From a virus (taxonomy: Duplodnaviria; Caudoviricetes): 64,000 nt of DNA. Numbering within the stretch: the first letter of the stretch is position 1; the number at the start of each line of letters is the position of its first letter. The stretch lies in IMG/VR virus record IMGVR_UViG_3300017716_001756, positions 15,047 to 79,046 of that record; one strand, written 5' to 3'. The position numbers and the translations under genes are program-made. Shown in pieces: positions 55,918 through 64,000 of this stretch. Below the pieces are notes generated by a model. It made no database searches, was not told the DNA's origin, and saw only the letters and a program-made list of their open reading frames with translations.

Positions 55918-56580
55918 ATGTCTAAGCCTAAGCTAGTTGTTATCCCGCCCTCTGGCCGACAACAACTTAAAGCCCTCAATCCAGAGCAAGCCGAATATCT
56001 CAACCTAATCAAATCAGAAGAAATGGTATTCGCCACAGGACGCGCGGGTACTGGTAAGACCTATGTGCCAGTAGCCTATGCTGCCGATGAGCTTATATCT
56101 AGGCGTCTAAAGAAACTGATCCTTGCTCGTCCTGCCGTAGACGCGGGCGAGAATCTAGGATACCTACCCGGTGATCTGGACCAGAAGCTGGCCCCATGGG
56201 TCTTGCCTTTCATGGACGTTCTTGAAGAGCGCCTTGGTAGAGGCAACCTAGCGGAGCTACTGATGAAAGAGGCTATTAGTGTAGAGACCTTCCAGCATAT
56301 GAGAGGCCGTACATTCAACGACGCTCTCATCATTCTGGATGAAGCCCAGAACACCACTCCTGAACAGATGCAGCTTTTCCTGACCCGCATCGGCAGGAAT
56401 TCCAAAGTCATCGTAACTGGTGATCTGAAGCAGACTGATCTTCGTAAGGGGAACGGACTTGCTCACGCATTGAAGCTTAATGAGCGATTCAATATCGCCC
56501 CTGTGATCACTCTGACACAGGTTGAGCGGAGTGGCCTAGCCGGTAAATGGGCTGACGCATATGAAGAAACCCCCGAGTAG
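55918..56580 (+). CDS. phoH: PhoH-like ATPase
   Basis: GRAGTGKT, GENLGYLPG, HMRGRTF, LDEAQN, TGDLKQTD. Confidence 0.95.
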   Translation: MSKPKLVVIPPSGRQQLKALNPEQAEYLNLIKSEEMVFATGRAGTGKTYVPVAYAADELISRRLKKLILARPAVDAGENLGYLPGDLDQKLAPWVLPFMDVLEERLGRGNLAELLMKEAISVETFQHMRGRTFNDALIILDEAQNTTPEQMQLFLTRIGRNSKVIVTGDLKQTDLRKGNGLAHALKLNERFNIAPVITLTQVERSGLAGKWADAYEETPE

Positions 56581-56592
56581 GGGGTTTCTTTT
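56564..56592. terminator. Bidirectional terminator at the convergent junction
   Basis: AAGAAACCCCC-GAGTA-GGGGGTTTCTT between the phoH and o-spanin stops. Confidence 0.65.
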
Positions 56593-56977
56593 ATTCTACA
56601 GGGGGGTCAGGAGTAAAGACGCAGTACGCAGGAGGATCGCTCTCGGGAGTTAGCCCCATATCAATCCTCATCTGTCTCGCCTTCCATTCAGCCACACAAG
56701 TTAGCGATTGACGACGGAGCGCATTAGTTTCTTGAAGAGAGTTGATATACCTCGCCGTATAGAGGTCACCATCCGGCCCACTGAGTTGATCCACCGTTGG
56801 ACCAACGGCATCTGAACCCACAACCAGCAATGAATCAGGAGGATACCGATAAGAAGCCGTGCCTCCAACAGTTTCTGGCGCATCATTGTGGGCACACGCC
56901 AGTAATAGCGCAGACAGTGGCAGCACCAGCAGGGCCGCTCGAATCTTGCCTATTGATTTCAGCCTCACGTTCATCAT
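56591..56977 (-). CDS. Outer-membrane spanin (Rz1-like lipoprotein)
   Basis: Signal peptide with lipobox LLAC; overlaps the 3' end of the i-spanin; Pro-rich. Confidence 0.7.
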   Translation of the reverse strand: MMNVRLKSIGKIRAALLVLPLSALLLACAHNDAPETVGGTASYRYPPDSLLVVGSDAVGPTVDQLSGPDGDLYTARYINSLQETNALRRQSLTCVAEWKARQMRIDMGLTPESDPPAYCVFTPDPPVE

Positions 56978-57302
56978 GTTCTTTCCTTATACGATCAAGC
57001 TCTTTCTGATTGCTGACAATGACCGAGCTATCGACCACAGCGCCAACTTGAAGACGAGCGATTACGCCGTGTAGTTCTTGGTTATTATCGATGGCTTGTT
57101 CGATACGAGCCTCTTGGGCCTTTTGTTCGACCAGAAGCTCTCGGTTCTGACCAGAGACTACCATGTTGGTAATGATGAGCCAGCCTAGACCGACTGCTAC
57201 AGCAGCACCAGCCCAGAACTTCCAAGAGCGGAAGCCTTCCCAGCTTACGATCTTCTTACCTACACCAAGAGCCTTGAGGCCCAGAATTGCAAGACTAGCC
57301 AA
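56883..57302 (-). CDS. Inner-membrane spanin (Rz-like)
   Basis: N-terminal TM followed by coiled coil; directly after the endolysin. Confidence 0.7.
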   Translation of the reverse strand: MASLAILGLKALGVGKKIVSWEGFRSWKFWAGAAVAVGLGWLIITNMVVSGQNRELLVEQKAQEARIEQAIDNNQELHGVIARLQVGAVVDSSVIVSNQKELDRIRKEHDEREAEINRQDSSGPAGAATVCAITGVCPQ

Positions 57303-57999
57303 AGTTCTTCTCCTGCATACCGATCACGAGTTGTTCCATCACCTTACCAGCGGCTTCCGCCTTTGTCACCCGAGAATCACGGTTCTTATCGAGACCGGCG
57401 TTGGCTGAGTAGGTAGAGTTACCCTTGATGAAGATCGGATGATCCATCGGCTTGCCCATACCAGCGGGCCAGAGGACGGCCATGTAGGCGTCCTCAATAG
57501 AGCGGATCGGGCCACGCTCTTTGATCTTCTGGGAGAAGTAGCGGTAGACATAGTTGAGTTGGTCCCAAGCGGTCATAGCGGCCAGCTTGGTAGTGGTCGT
57601 GCCCATTTCCTTAGCAGTGAACGCCATGAACTGAATGAGGCCCGTGGCCGTGCTTACAGGGTTCTTCTTGCTGGCAGAGAAGCTCCGACCAGATTCGAAG
57701 GCCATCACACCCATAAGCCAGTTAGCGTCGAACAACGCCCCTTGCTCTTGGCTGAGCTTCCATGCGACCCAGAACACCCGGTCCATGAAAATTTGACCAT
57801 TCTCAGCACCGTGGATGCGCTTCACTTCCTTACCCCAAGCCAACGCGGGGGTAGTAGCAACAAGCTCAGCTACAGGAGCAGGAGCAGGAGCAGGAGGACT
57901 AGGTTGTGGTGCGGGGACTGCTTGGGTCGAACCAAGGAGCGTCAGAGCCTCCGTCAACAGGGATTTCAGCCGGGACAGGGATTGGGGGGAGAGGGTCAT
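57295..57999 (-). CDS. Endolysin (lysozyme-like/lytic transglycosylase)
   Basis: MAFESG...ATGLIQF motif; EF-hand-like DKNRDSRVT; position in the lysis cassette. Confidence 0.8.
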   Translation of the reverse strand: MTLSPQSLSRLKSLLTEALTLLGSTQAVPAPQPSPPAPAPAPVAELVATTPALAWGKEVKRIHGAENGQIFMDRVFWVAWKLSQEQGALFDANWLMGVMAFESGRSFSASKKNPVSTATGLIQFMAFTAKEMGTTTTKLAAMTAWDQLNYVYRYFSQKIKERGPIRSIEDAYMAVLWPAGMGKPMDHPIFIKGNSTYSANAGLDKNRDSRVTKAEAAGKVMEQLVIGMQEKNFG

Positions 58000-58285
58000 T
58001 TTCGATTACCTTAGGTTCAATTGGCGCAGGAGAAGGTCTCTGGGCCAAGGCTTGGATAGTAGCACGGTCTTGATCGTTACCACGAGGCCACATACTTGTG
58101 GCAACAGCACCGATCACAGGACCAAGCACGGCGAGTCCCTGTAGGACAATCGTGCCAGCGTCGGGCGGGAGAGCAAAGAACATTGCCAGAATTAGAATCA
58201 AGAAGTAACCGACAAACAAGATGCCCGCCAGCATGAACTTACCTAGATTCAACCAATCGTTTGGGGTGATGTTGCTCTTAATCAT
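57899..58285 (-). CDS. Holin (two TM) with Pro-rich tail
   Basis: MIKSNITPNDWLNLGKFMLAGILF...; overlaps the endolysin start. Confidence 0.65.
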   Translation of the reverse strand: MIKSNITPNDWLNLGKFMLAGILFVGYFLILILAMFFALPPDAGTIVLQGLAVLGPVIGAVATSMWPRGNDQDRATIQALAQRPSPAPIEPKVIENDPLPPIPVPAEIPVDGGSDAPWFDPSSPRTTT

Positions 58286-58625
58286 TTTCTCGTCTCCGCC
58301 TACCCGCTTCGAAGAGGACGAGGTCGATCCGCCCTGTAATTGTCGCCGTAGTATCGCGAAGAGCGATGGCAATGCCTTCAATGGCCCGGTTCGTAGCGTC
58401 TCTATCATTCTGATAATCATCCTTCGACACCGCGTTTTTCTCCAATAGCTCAAGTCTGTTTTTGAAGTTAGTGTGATCCTCCTTAACTGCCGCCACTCTG
58501 GCGACAGTCGCAGTATCTTGTGCTTTGAGTTTCTTATCGACAAGACCAAAAAACCAGATCGCCCCTGCGAACAGAGGCGATGCAATGGCCATCAAAGTGA
58601 CGATCATCCCTGTTGTAATAACCAA
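58278..58625 (-). CDS. Single-TM coiled-coil lysis-associated protein
   Basis: 115 aa, N-terminal TM. Confidence 0.55.
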   Translation of the reverse strand: MVITTGMIVTLMAIASPLFAGAIWFFGLVDKKLKAQDTATVARVAAVKEDHTNFKNRLELLEKNAVSKDDYQNDRDATNRAIEGIAIALRDTTATITGRIDLVLFEAGRRRREND

Positions 58626-58687
58626 AACACTGCTCCAAAGTGGTACTAGATATAGATTCTATATAATCTAGTACCACTTTGAAATGG

Positions 58688-58918
58688 TTAGTCTACAACC
58701 GTGGGAGTAATCGTGAGGACGTAATCCGTATTAGGGAAATAGTCCAGCGGGCCGTTCAGATCGGTAAAGGTCAGGGTAAAGTTTTCGATCTTGTTAGTCG
58801 GCGCTTGAGCGTCAACATAGCTGAAACTGACAGTAGCAGCCGGGACTTGGACGACTTCGCCGTTGGGGGCGGATTGCCCTCGGCTGAAATAGTTAACGTT
58901 GATACAGCGTACATTCAT
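58688..58918 (-). CDS. Small hypothetical protein
   Basis: 76 aa, downstream of the tail gene. Confidence 0.55.
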   Translation of the reverse strand: MNVRCINVNYFSRGQSAPNGEVVQVPAATVSFSYVDAQAPTNKIENFTLTFTDLNGPLDYFPNTDYVLTITPTVVD

Positions 58919-58924
58919 TGGGAT

Positions 58925-59122
58925 TTAGTCTCCTTGGGGTTGGGGCTTAGTTTGACGGATAATTTGTGCTTTGTATTGGGCCAGTTCATTATACGCAGCG
59001 TTACGTTGCTCAACAACCGCGTTTGCAAAATCTTCAAGCGAGGCGACTTGATGAGTCAGTTGGATGATCTGCTGATCGCGAGCATCGAAATCAGATTCGG
59101 AGGTGGTAGCAGTCTTGGCCAA
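58925..59122 (-). CDS. Small coiled-coil protein
   Basis: 65 aa, AGGAGA RBS. Confidence 0.6.
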   Translation of the reverse strand: MAKTATTSESDFDARDQQIIQLTHQVASLEDFANAVVEQRNAAYNELAQYKAQIIRQTKPQPQGD

Positions 59123-59135
59123 AGGAAATCTCCTA

Positions 59136-62100
59136 TTAGTTTCTTTGAACAGCTATTCTAATCGTAGTTTTAGCATTATTCAAGTTCGGACCACCACCTT
59201 GGTGCATCATAAGCCTAAACTTTCCACCGCCACCAAATTTGAACTTCCACTGGCGGCTGATATCGCTGAAGTTATCAGTGGTATCAACAGTCGTGTCGGT
59301 GACGTATGTTGCATTGATGCCTGAGCCAATAATGCTGGTTGACCAAGTCCCTGAGTGAATCAGGCGTTTGGTAGAGTCGGTGAACGATGAGTCAAACTCA
59401 TACAACTGCCAAGAGCCAGTGGGCGCGATAGTGGTGCTCCCCCCAACCGTAGTCCCGTAAGTGTACAGCAGACCCATTTGAACCGTAAAGAAGGAGTTCA
59501 CAGAGATAGACGCTGGCAGAGTGTAGTCGTGCATGGTGGTGAAAGTCGAACCGGTGCCGACAACATCAACATCGGTATCAGTATCATTGATGACGCCGGT
59601 TTCGGAAATCTCAGTGATAGTGCCGCCGATCTTTCCCTTCAGGGCCGGGGGGAAGACACTGGTATCGACGTACATATCACCGTTGACCATACCAGCGGAG
59701 TTGGCAGCAGCGTCCCCAGAGAATTGACCGATATAACGACCACCAATTTCGTTCACACCGTAGTAAGTCTTACCGTCAGTGGCTAGGGCGAATACCCCAT
59801 TAGTCTTGGTAGCAGAGCCGATAGCAGTACCCACCGGGCCGTACCACAGCACGAGGTCCGAAGAAGCGCCGAACCCTGCCCCCTCATATTTGACATAGGA
59901 GCCAGCAGTCGTAGTGATCCGTCCATTGGTAACGTCGATGACGAAGGTGGACCCACTGTTACGCACGGTACCAGCGGTCACCGTGCCGAGGTCCGCGATA
60001 ATGGCAGACAGCGAAGTGACGTTGATCTTGGTAGCGGTCACCGCCCCCGCAGCAATTTCAGTGGCGGTGATAGCATTTGCAGCGATCTGAGAAGCAGTGA
60101 TCGTATCCGTGGCGATCTGCGTAGCAGTGATCGTACCCGCTGCGATCTGAGAAGCAGTGATCGTATTGGCTGCGATCTTAGCCGCCGTGATCGTGCCATC
60201 GACAATGAGTTCAGCGTTAACAGCGCGGCTCGCACGGGGGTTCGCCAGATACATATACCCGGCGTTGTTCAACGTCGGTGAACGTTGCATTTCAAATCCA
60301 ATGGCGATCTGCCCCGTAGTACCCGCAGGGGAGACGATAGCAGTAACATTGCCGAAGGTATCTGCGCCAGCGGCGGTGCTTCTCCAATCGGTGGTTTGAC
60401 CCACCTGAATAGCTCCGATGTAAGTACCCGCAGGGTTGTATTGGTACAGATACAAGATACCGCGACCGGTGAAGCCTGAAGTAACCCAATAGTCGAGGCT
60501 AACTCGAATAGGCTTACCCCCAAGCTCAATAGGCGAGCGACCGTTGTAAACAACTTGGTCGTACTTAGCCGCGTGAGTAGTACCAGAGGGGGCTCCCGAT
60601 TTCAGAACACGAGTAGAGGAAAGAGCGGCAACCGCACTGGCGTCCGTGTTAATGGTCCACGCGGGGGACTGACTGTTCAACGTCCACATAGCTGCGTCTG
60701 CGAAGGTCGGGTCGATAACCATGTTAACAGTATCGATAAGGGAAAGCTTCGAGGCAGTGATCGCCGCAGCGGCAATCTGAGTAGCCGTGATCGTGGCCGA
60801 AGCGATCTGAGTAGCCGTGATCGTGGCCGAAGCGATCTGAGTAGCCGTGATCGTACCCGCCGCGATCTGACCGGCAGTGATCGTGTTAGCGGCAATCTTG
60901 GCGGCAGTGATGGTCGTAGCGGCGATCTGAGTAGCCGTGATCGTGGCCGTAGCAATGTCCGCTGCCACAATGGTCCCAGCGGCGATCTTACCGGCGGTCA
61001 CGGAGTTAGCCGCCAGTTCACTTGCAGTGATAGCCCCTGCGGCGATCTGGGTCGCAGTGATCGTATCGGCTACGATCTTTGCAGCAGTGATAGTGCCGTC
61101 AACAATGAGTTCACCATCAGCCGCCTTCATCAGACGAGGATGAGAGACATAAAGAGAACCGGCGTTGTTTAGAGTGGTTGACCAATCTATAACCGCAAGC
61201 CAAAGAACCGAATAAGCCGTAGCAGGAGCTTGGAAGATAACAGAGGCATCAGCTTGCTGGACACCTGAAGCCGCCACGGTCCTATAATCTGCCACCACAT
61301 GATTAGTGGCGCTTATACTGGCCCCTGCGCGGTCGAACCAAGAGGCTCGCAAATTGATCCTGCCAGTGAAGCCGCTCAAGGCTCTAGTTCTAGCGAAAGC
61401 TCTGACGTATTTGCTGGGCTCCACAGCGGCCTGTCTGATAACAGTGACACTAGCCTCAGCCTGTGAAGTCGTACCGTTACCCGCGTTTGACTTGAAAGCT
61501 TGAGGTGCTGACATAGCGTTCAGTGCGGAGGTGTCGTTATTGTTGATAGTGAAGTTAACAAGGCTCCACGCTGAGGCGTCCGCGATGGTCGCATCAAGAA
61601 CATAGTTCGTTGTATCGATTACCGCCAGCTTTGCTGTCGTAATAGCCCCCGCAGCAATTTCTGTAGCAGTGATTACCCCTGCCGAAATCTTACCAGCGAT
61701 GACGGAGTTGGCAGCGAGTTCGTTCGACGTGATGGCGTTGGCAGCGATCTGGGTAGCAGTGATCGTGTCTGTCGCAATCTGGGTAGCAGTAATGGTACCG
61801 GCGGCGATCTGCGCTGCTGTGATCGTATTTGAGACAATGTTCGAAGCAGTAATCGTACCCGCCGCAATCAACCCACCAGTGATCGTCGCTGATGCAATAT
61901 CTGAAGCAGTGATAGTCCCTGCTGCGATTTCATTAGTAGTGATCGTACCCGCTGCGATTTGAGAAGCGGTGATCGTATTAGCGGCGATCTTGACCGCAGT
62001 GATAGCGCCATCCACGATGAGTTCGCCGTTGGCGGCACGGCGAATAATGGGAGAGCCGAGGTAAGCCTGAGTGGCCCCCCCACCGGTCTTAAGCAGAAGC

Positions 62101-64000
62101 ATTACTGCGAAGCGGGCGGTAGCCGGGGCGGTAATGGTGCTAGAAACCGTCGTGAACGTATTCGTAGAGATACTGCCAATGGATTGTGTTGAGATAGAAG
62201 TTTTGACACCAGCGGCGTCCATACTAAACCATTCAACAAGCAGATTAAGATTGGTGGGGGTAGTGCCTCCTTGCCCAATGAACCCGCTGAAAAAATACGG
62301 CTTATTAGCTTCAACAGGGATATAGTCAGTATAGAGCGACCTATCCGAAACGTTTGCCGTCATATAGAGATAGTTAGTAGAAGAGATAGCCCCACCAGTA
62401 GTCGTCAAACCAGTGGCGCTACCAAACCATGCGGCGAGGTCCACCACACTAGAATCAGGGATCATGTTAGATTTATCGAAGACGACAAGCTTCGAGGCAG
62501 TAATCGACCCTGCGGCGATTTCCGTTGCGGTAACGGCAGCAGCAGCAATCTTACCAGCAATGACGGAGTTAGCCGCAAGCTCGCTTGCAGTAATGGCCCC
62601 GGCGGCGATGTTACCAGCAACAATAGTGTCGGCAGCTATCTGGGTCGTAGTAATAGTCCCGGCTGCGATCTGAGTAGCAGTGATCGTATTCGAAACGATG
62701 TTCGAAGCAGTGATCGTCCCCGCCGCAATTTTCCCGCCAGTAATCGTACTGGCAGCAATGTCAGCAGCAACGATAGTCCCTGCGGCAATCTTACCCGCGA
62801 TAACAGAGTTAGCGGCCAATTCAGAGGCCGTGATAGCCCCTGCTGCGATCTGGGTAGCGGTGATGGTGTCTGAGAGAATGTTTGTAGCGGTAATAGTGCC
62901 AGCGGCAATCAGTCCACCAGTGATCGTCGCTGAGGCAATGTCCGCAGCAACGATAGTCCCTGCGGCGATCTTGCCCGCAGTTATGGCCCCCGCAGCGATT
63001 TTGGTAGCCACAATCGATCCATCAACGATTAGTTCGCCGTTGGCTGCGCGGCGGATGATCGGTTCGGCGTAATAGCCGCTCCCGGTCCCACCCTGCTCAA
63101 ACCAAAAGCCCATTCGGACAGCGTTCGAAGGGGGGATAATCTGTGCGCTAACCCGCGTGGGGGTCATAGTGGCGTTGCTGCCAATGAGCGGAGTGTTGCT
63201 AACTAGAGCGTCCAACCGGTCATAGAACGTCGCATACACGTTTGCTGTCGTTCCGTTCGCGAAGACGACGGCGCTCATGTAATACGGCTTGCCGGGTTCA
63301 ATCGGCACCGCGCCTTCAACGGAGGTCCGCAAGGCTTTAATGGACCCAGCCGAGGTAACCAAGGCGTAGTTCTTCGACGCAATGTCGAGGCTCATACCCG
63401 TCGCCGGGTTGAAGGAGAAGCTGCCCGTTGGAGTGATCCACAGGCTAGGGTCTCCAAGCATGGCGCTGTCACGCATCATGTTCGACGTATCGGTTACTGA
63501 CAGCTTCGAGGCAGTGATAGCCCCAGCGGCTATTTCGGCGGCGGATACGACCCCAGCGGCGATCTTGCCAGCGATAACAGAGTTCGCAGCAAGCTCACTG
63601 GCGGTAATAGCGTTAGTGGCAATGTTTGCAGCGGTGATGGTGTCACTACCAATCTGTACGCCGGTAATGGTGCCGATAGTAATATCAGCAGCGGCCAGCG
63701 AGGTGATGAAAGTCGTACCATTGTAGCGGTAGACTTTGTTATCTGTGGTCAGGAAAACAGTTCGGCCAGTAAAGTTCCCTACACCCGGAAGGGTTCCCAA
63801 GATTTCAACAGGAGCAATCCCTGTAGCGAATTTGGTAGCAGTGATTGCAGCATCCGTGATCTGAGCACCAGTAATAGTTCCACTAAGATCAGTGGTAGCG
63901 GTGGTCGAAATAAAGCTCGTACCATTGTGACGATAGAGTTTGTTATCCGAGGTCAGGAAAACAGTTCGGCCAGCAAAGTTCCCGGTAACGGGGAGGGCAC
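59136..64000 (-). CDS. Giant tail fibre/host-specificity protein (5' end outside the window)
   Basis: Frame stays open from 63998 to the stop at 59136 (more than 1600 aa); (I-T-A-x-x) repeat tracts alternate with four globular beta modules. Confidence 0.85.
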   Translation of the reverse strand, partial: ALPVTGNFAGRTVFLTSDNKLYRHNGTSFISTTATTDLSGTITGAQITDAAITATKFATGIAPVEILGTLPGVGNFTGRTVFLTTDNKVYRYNGTTFITSLAAADITIGTITGVQIGSDTITAANIATNAITASELAANSVIAGKIAAGVVSAAEIAAGAITASKLSVTDTSNMMRDSAMLGDPSLWITPTGSFSFNPATGMSLDIASKNYALVTSAGSIKALRTSVEGAVPIEPGKPYYMSAVVFANGTTANVYATFYDRLDALVSNTPLIGSNATMTPTRVSAQIIPPSNAVRMGFWFEQGGTGSGYYAEPIIRRAANGELIVDGSIVATKIAAGAITAGKIAAGTIVAADIASATITGGLIAAGTITATNILSDTITATQIAAGAITASELAANSVIAGKIAAGTIVAADIAASTITGGKIAAGTITASNIVSNTITATQIAAGTITTTQIAADTIVAGNIAAGAITASELAANSVIAGKIAAAAVTATEIAAGSITASKLVVFDKSNMIPDSSVVDLAAWFGSATGLTTTGGAISSTNYLYMTANVSDRSLYTDYIPVEANKPYFFSGFIGQGGTTPTNLNLLVEWFSMDAAGVKTSISTQSIGSISTNTFTTVSSTITAPATARFAVMLLLKTGGGATQAYLGSPIIRRAANGELIVDGAITAVKIAANTITASQIAAGTITTNEIAAGTITASDIASATITGGLIAAGTITASNIVSNTITAAQIAAGTITATQIATDTITATQIAANAITSNELAANSVIAGKISAGVITATEIAAGAITTAKLAVIDTTNYVLDATIADASAWSLVNFTINNNDTSALNAMSAPQAFKSNAGNGTTSQAEASVTVIRQAAVEPSKYVRAFARTRALSGFTGRINLRASWFDRAGASISATNHVVADYRTVAASGVQQADASVIFQAPATAYSVLWLAVIDWSTTLNNAGSLYVSHPRLMKAADGELIVDGTITAAKIVADTITATQIAAGAITASELAANSVTAGKIAAGTIVAADIATATITATQIAATTITAAKIAANTITAGQIAAGTITATQIASATITATQIASATITATQIAAAAITASKLSLIDTVNMVIDPTFADAAMWTLNSQSPAWTINTDASAVAALSSTRVLKSGAPSGTTHAAKYDQVVYNGRSPIELGGKPIRVSLDYWVTSGFTGRGILYLYQYNPAGTYIGAIQVGQTTDWRSTAAGADTFGNVTAIVSPAGTTGQIAIGFEMQRSPTLNNAGYMYLANPRASRAVNAELIVDGTITAAKIAANTITASQIAAGTITATQIATDTITASQIAANAITATEIAAGAVTATKINVTSLSAIIADLGTVTAGTVRNSGSTFVIDVTNGRITTTAGSYVKYEGAGFGASSDLVLWYGPVGTAIGSATKTNGVFALATDGKTYYGVNEIGGRYIGQFSGDAAANSAGMVNGDMYVDTSVFPPALKGKIGGTITEISETGVINDTDTDVDVVGTGSTFTTMHDYTLPASISVNSFFTVQMGLLYTYGTTVGGSTTIAPTGSWQLYEFDSSFTDSTKRLIHSGTWSTSIIGSGINATYVTDTTVDTTDNFSDISRQWKFKFGGGGKFRLMMHQGGGPNLNNAKTTIRIAVQRN
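60775..60860. repeat. 30-bp tandem repeat within the tail gene
   Basis: ATCTGAGTAGCCGTGATCGTGGCCGAAGCG twice plus a partial third copy, encoding ASATITATQI units. Confidence 0.8.

Noticed and set aside
59136-64000. Diversity-generating retroelement acting on the tail protein
   Set aside because: No reverse transcriptase, and no template/variable repeat pair with adenine-specific differences was seen in the window.

Overview
A 64-kb segment of a tailed dsDNA phage (Caudoviricetes). The host is probably an alphaproteobacterium, inferred from GAAC-N7-GAAC LexA-type boxes. No integrase or lysogeny module is present in the window. Layout: (i) 1-8313, minus strand: head module (HNH, terminase large subunit, portal, protease/scaffold, decoration protein, major capsid, head completion). 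(ii) 8407-11912, plus strand: primase-helicase block. (iii) About 11950-14540: a GC-rich regulatory/first-expressed island closed by a 249-bp AT-rich dyad element. (iv) 14800-36300: a dense accessory region of small genes with a tRNA-like gene, KOW-like paralogues, GNATs, RNA ligase and a putative SAM lyase. (v) 36286-56580: replication and nucleotide metabolism (SF2 helicase, 5'-3' exonuclease, PolA, SbcCD-like, ThyX, MazG, NrdAB, PhoH). (vi) 56591-64000, minus strand: lysis cassette and a giant repetitive tail protein that runs off the window. The most striking observation is in the SF2 helicase gene. Its Walker A motif is split by a 21-nt in-frame insert (GGA|TAG CCC GAAA GGG CACAT GGA|AAA ACC) with the architecture of the T4 gene 60 ribosomal bypass: matched GGA take-off and landing codons, a UAG stop and a tetraloop hairpin, directly behind an HNH remnant. 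Other highlights are ten copies of a TCACGG-NN-CCGTGA palindrome confined to the early region, tandem host LexA-like boxes, and a tRNA-His-like gene with a 59-nt two-hairpin variable region. All protein assignments come from motif recognition by eye; no database searches were run.
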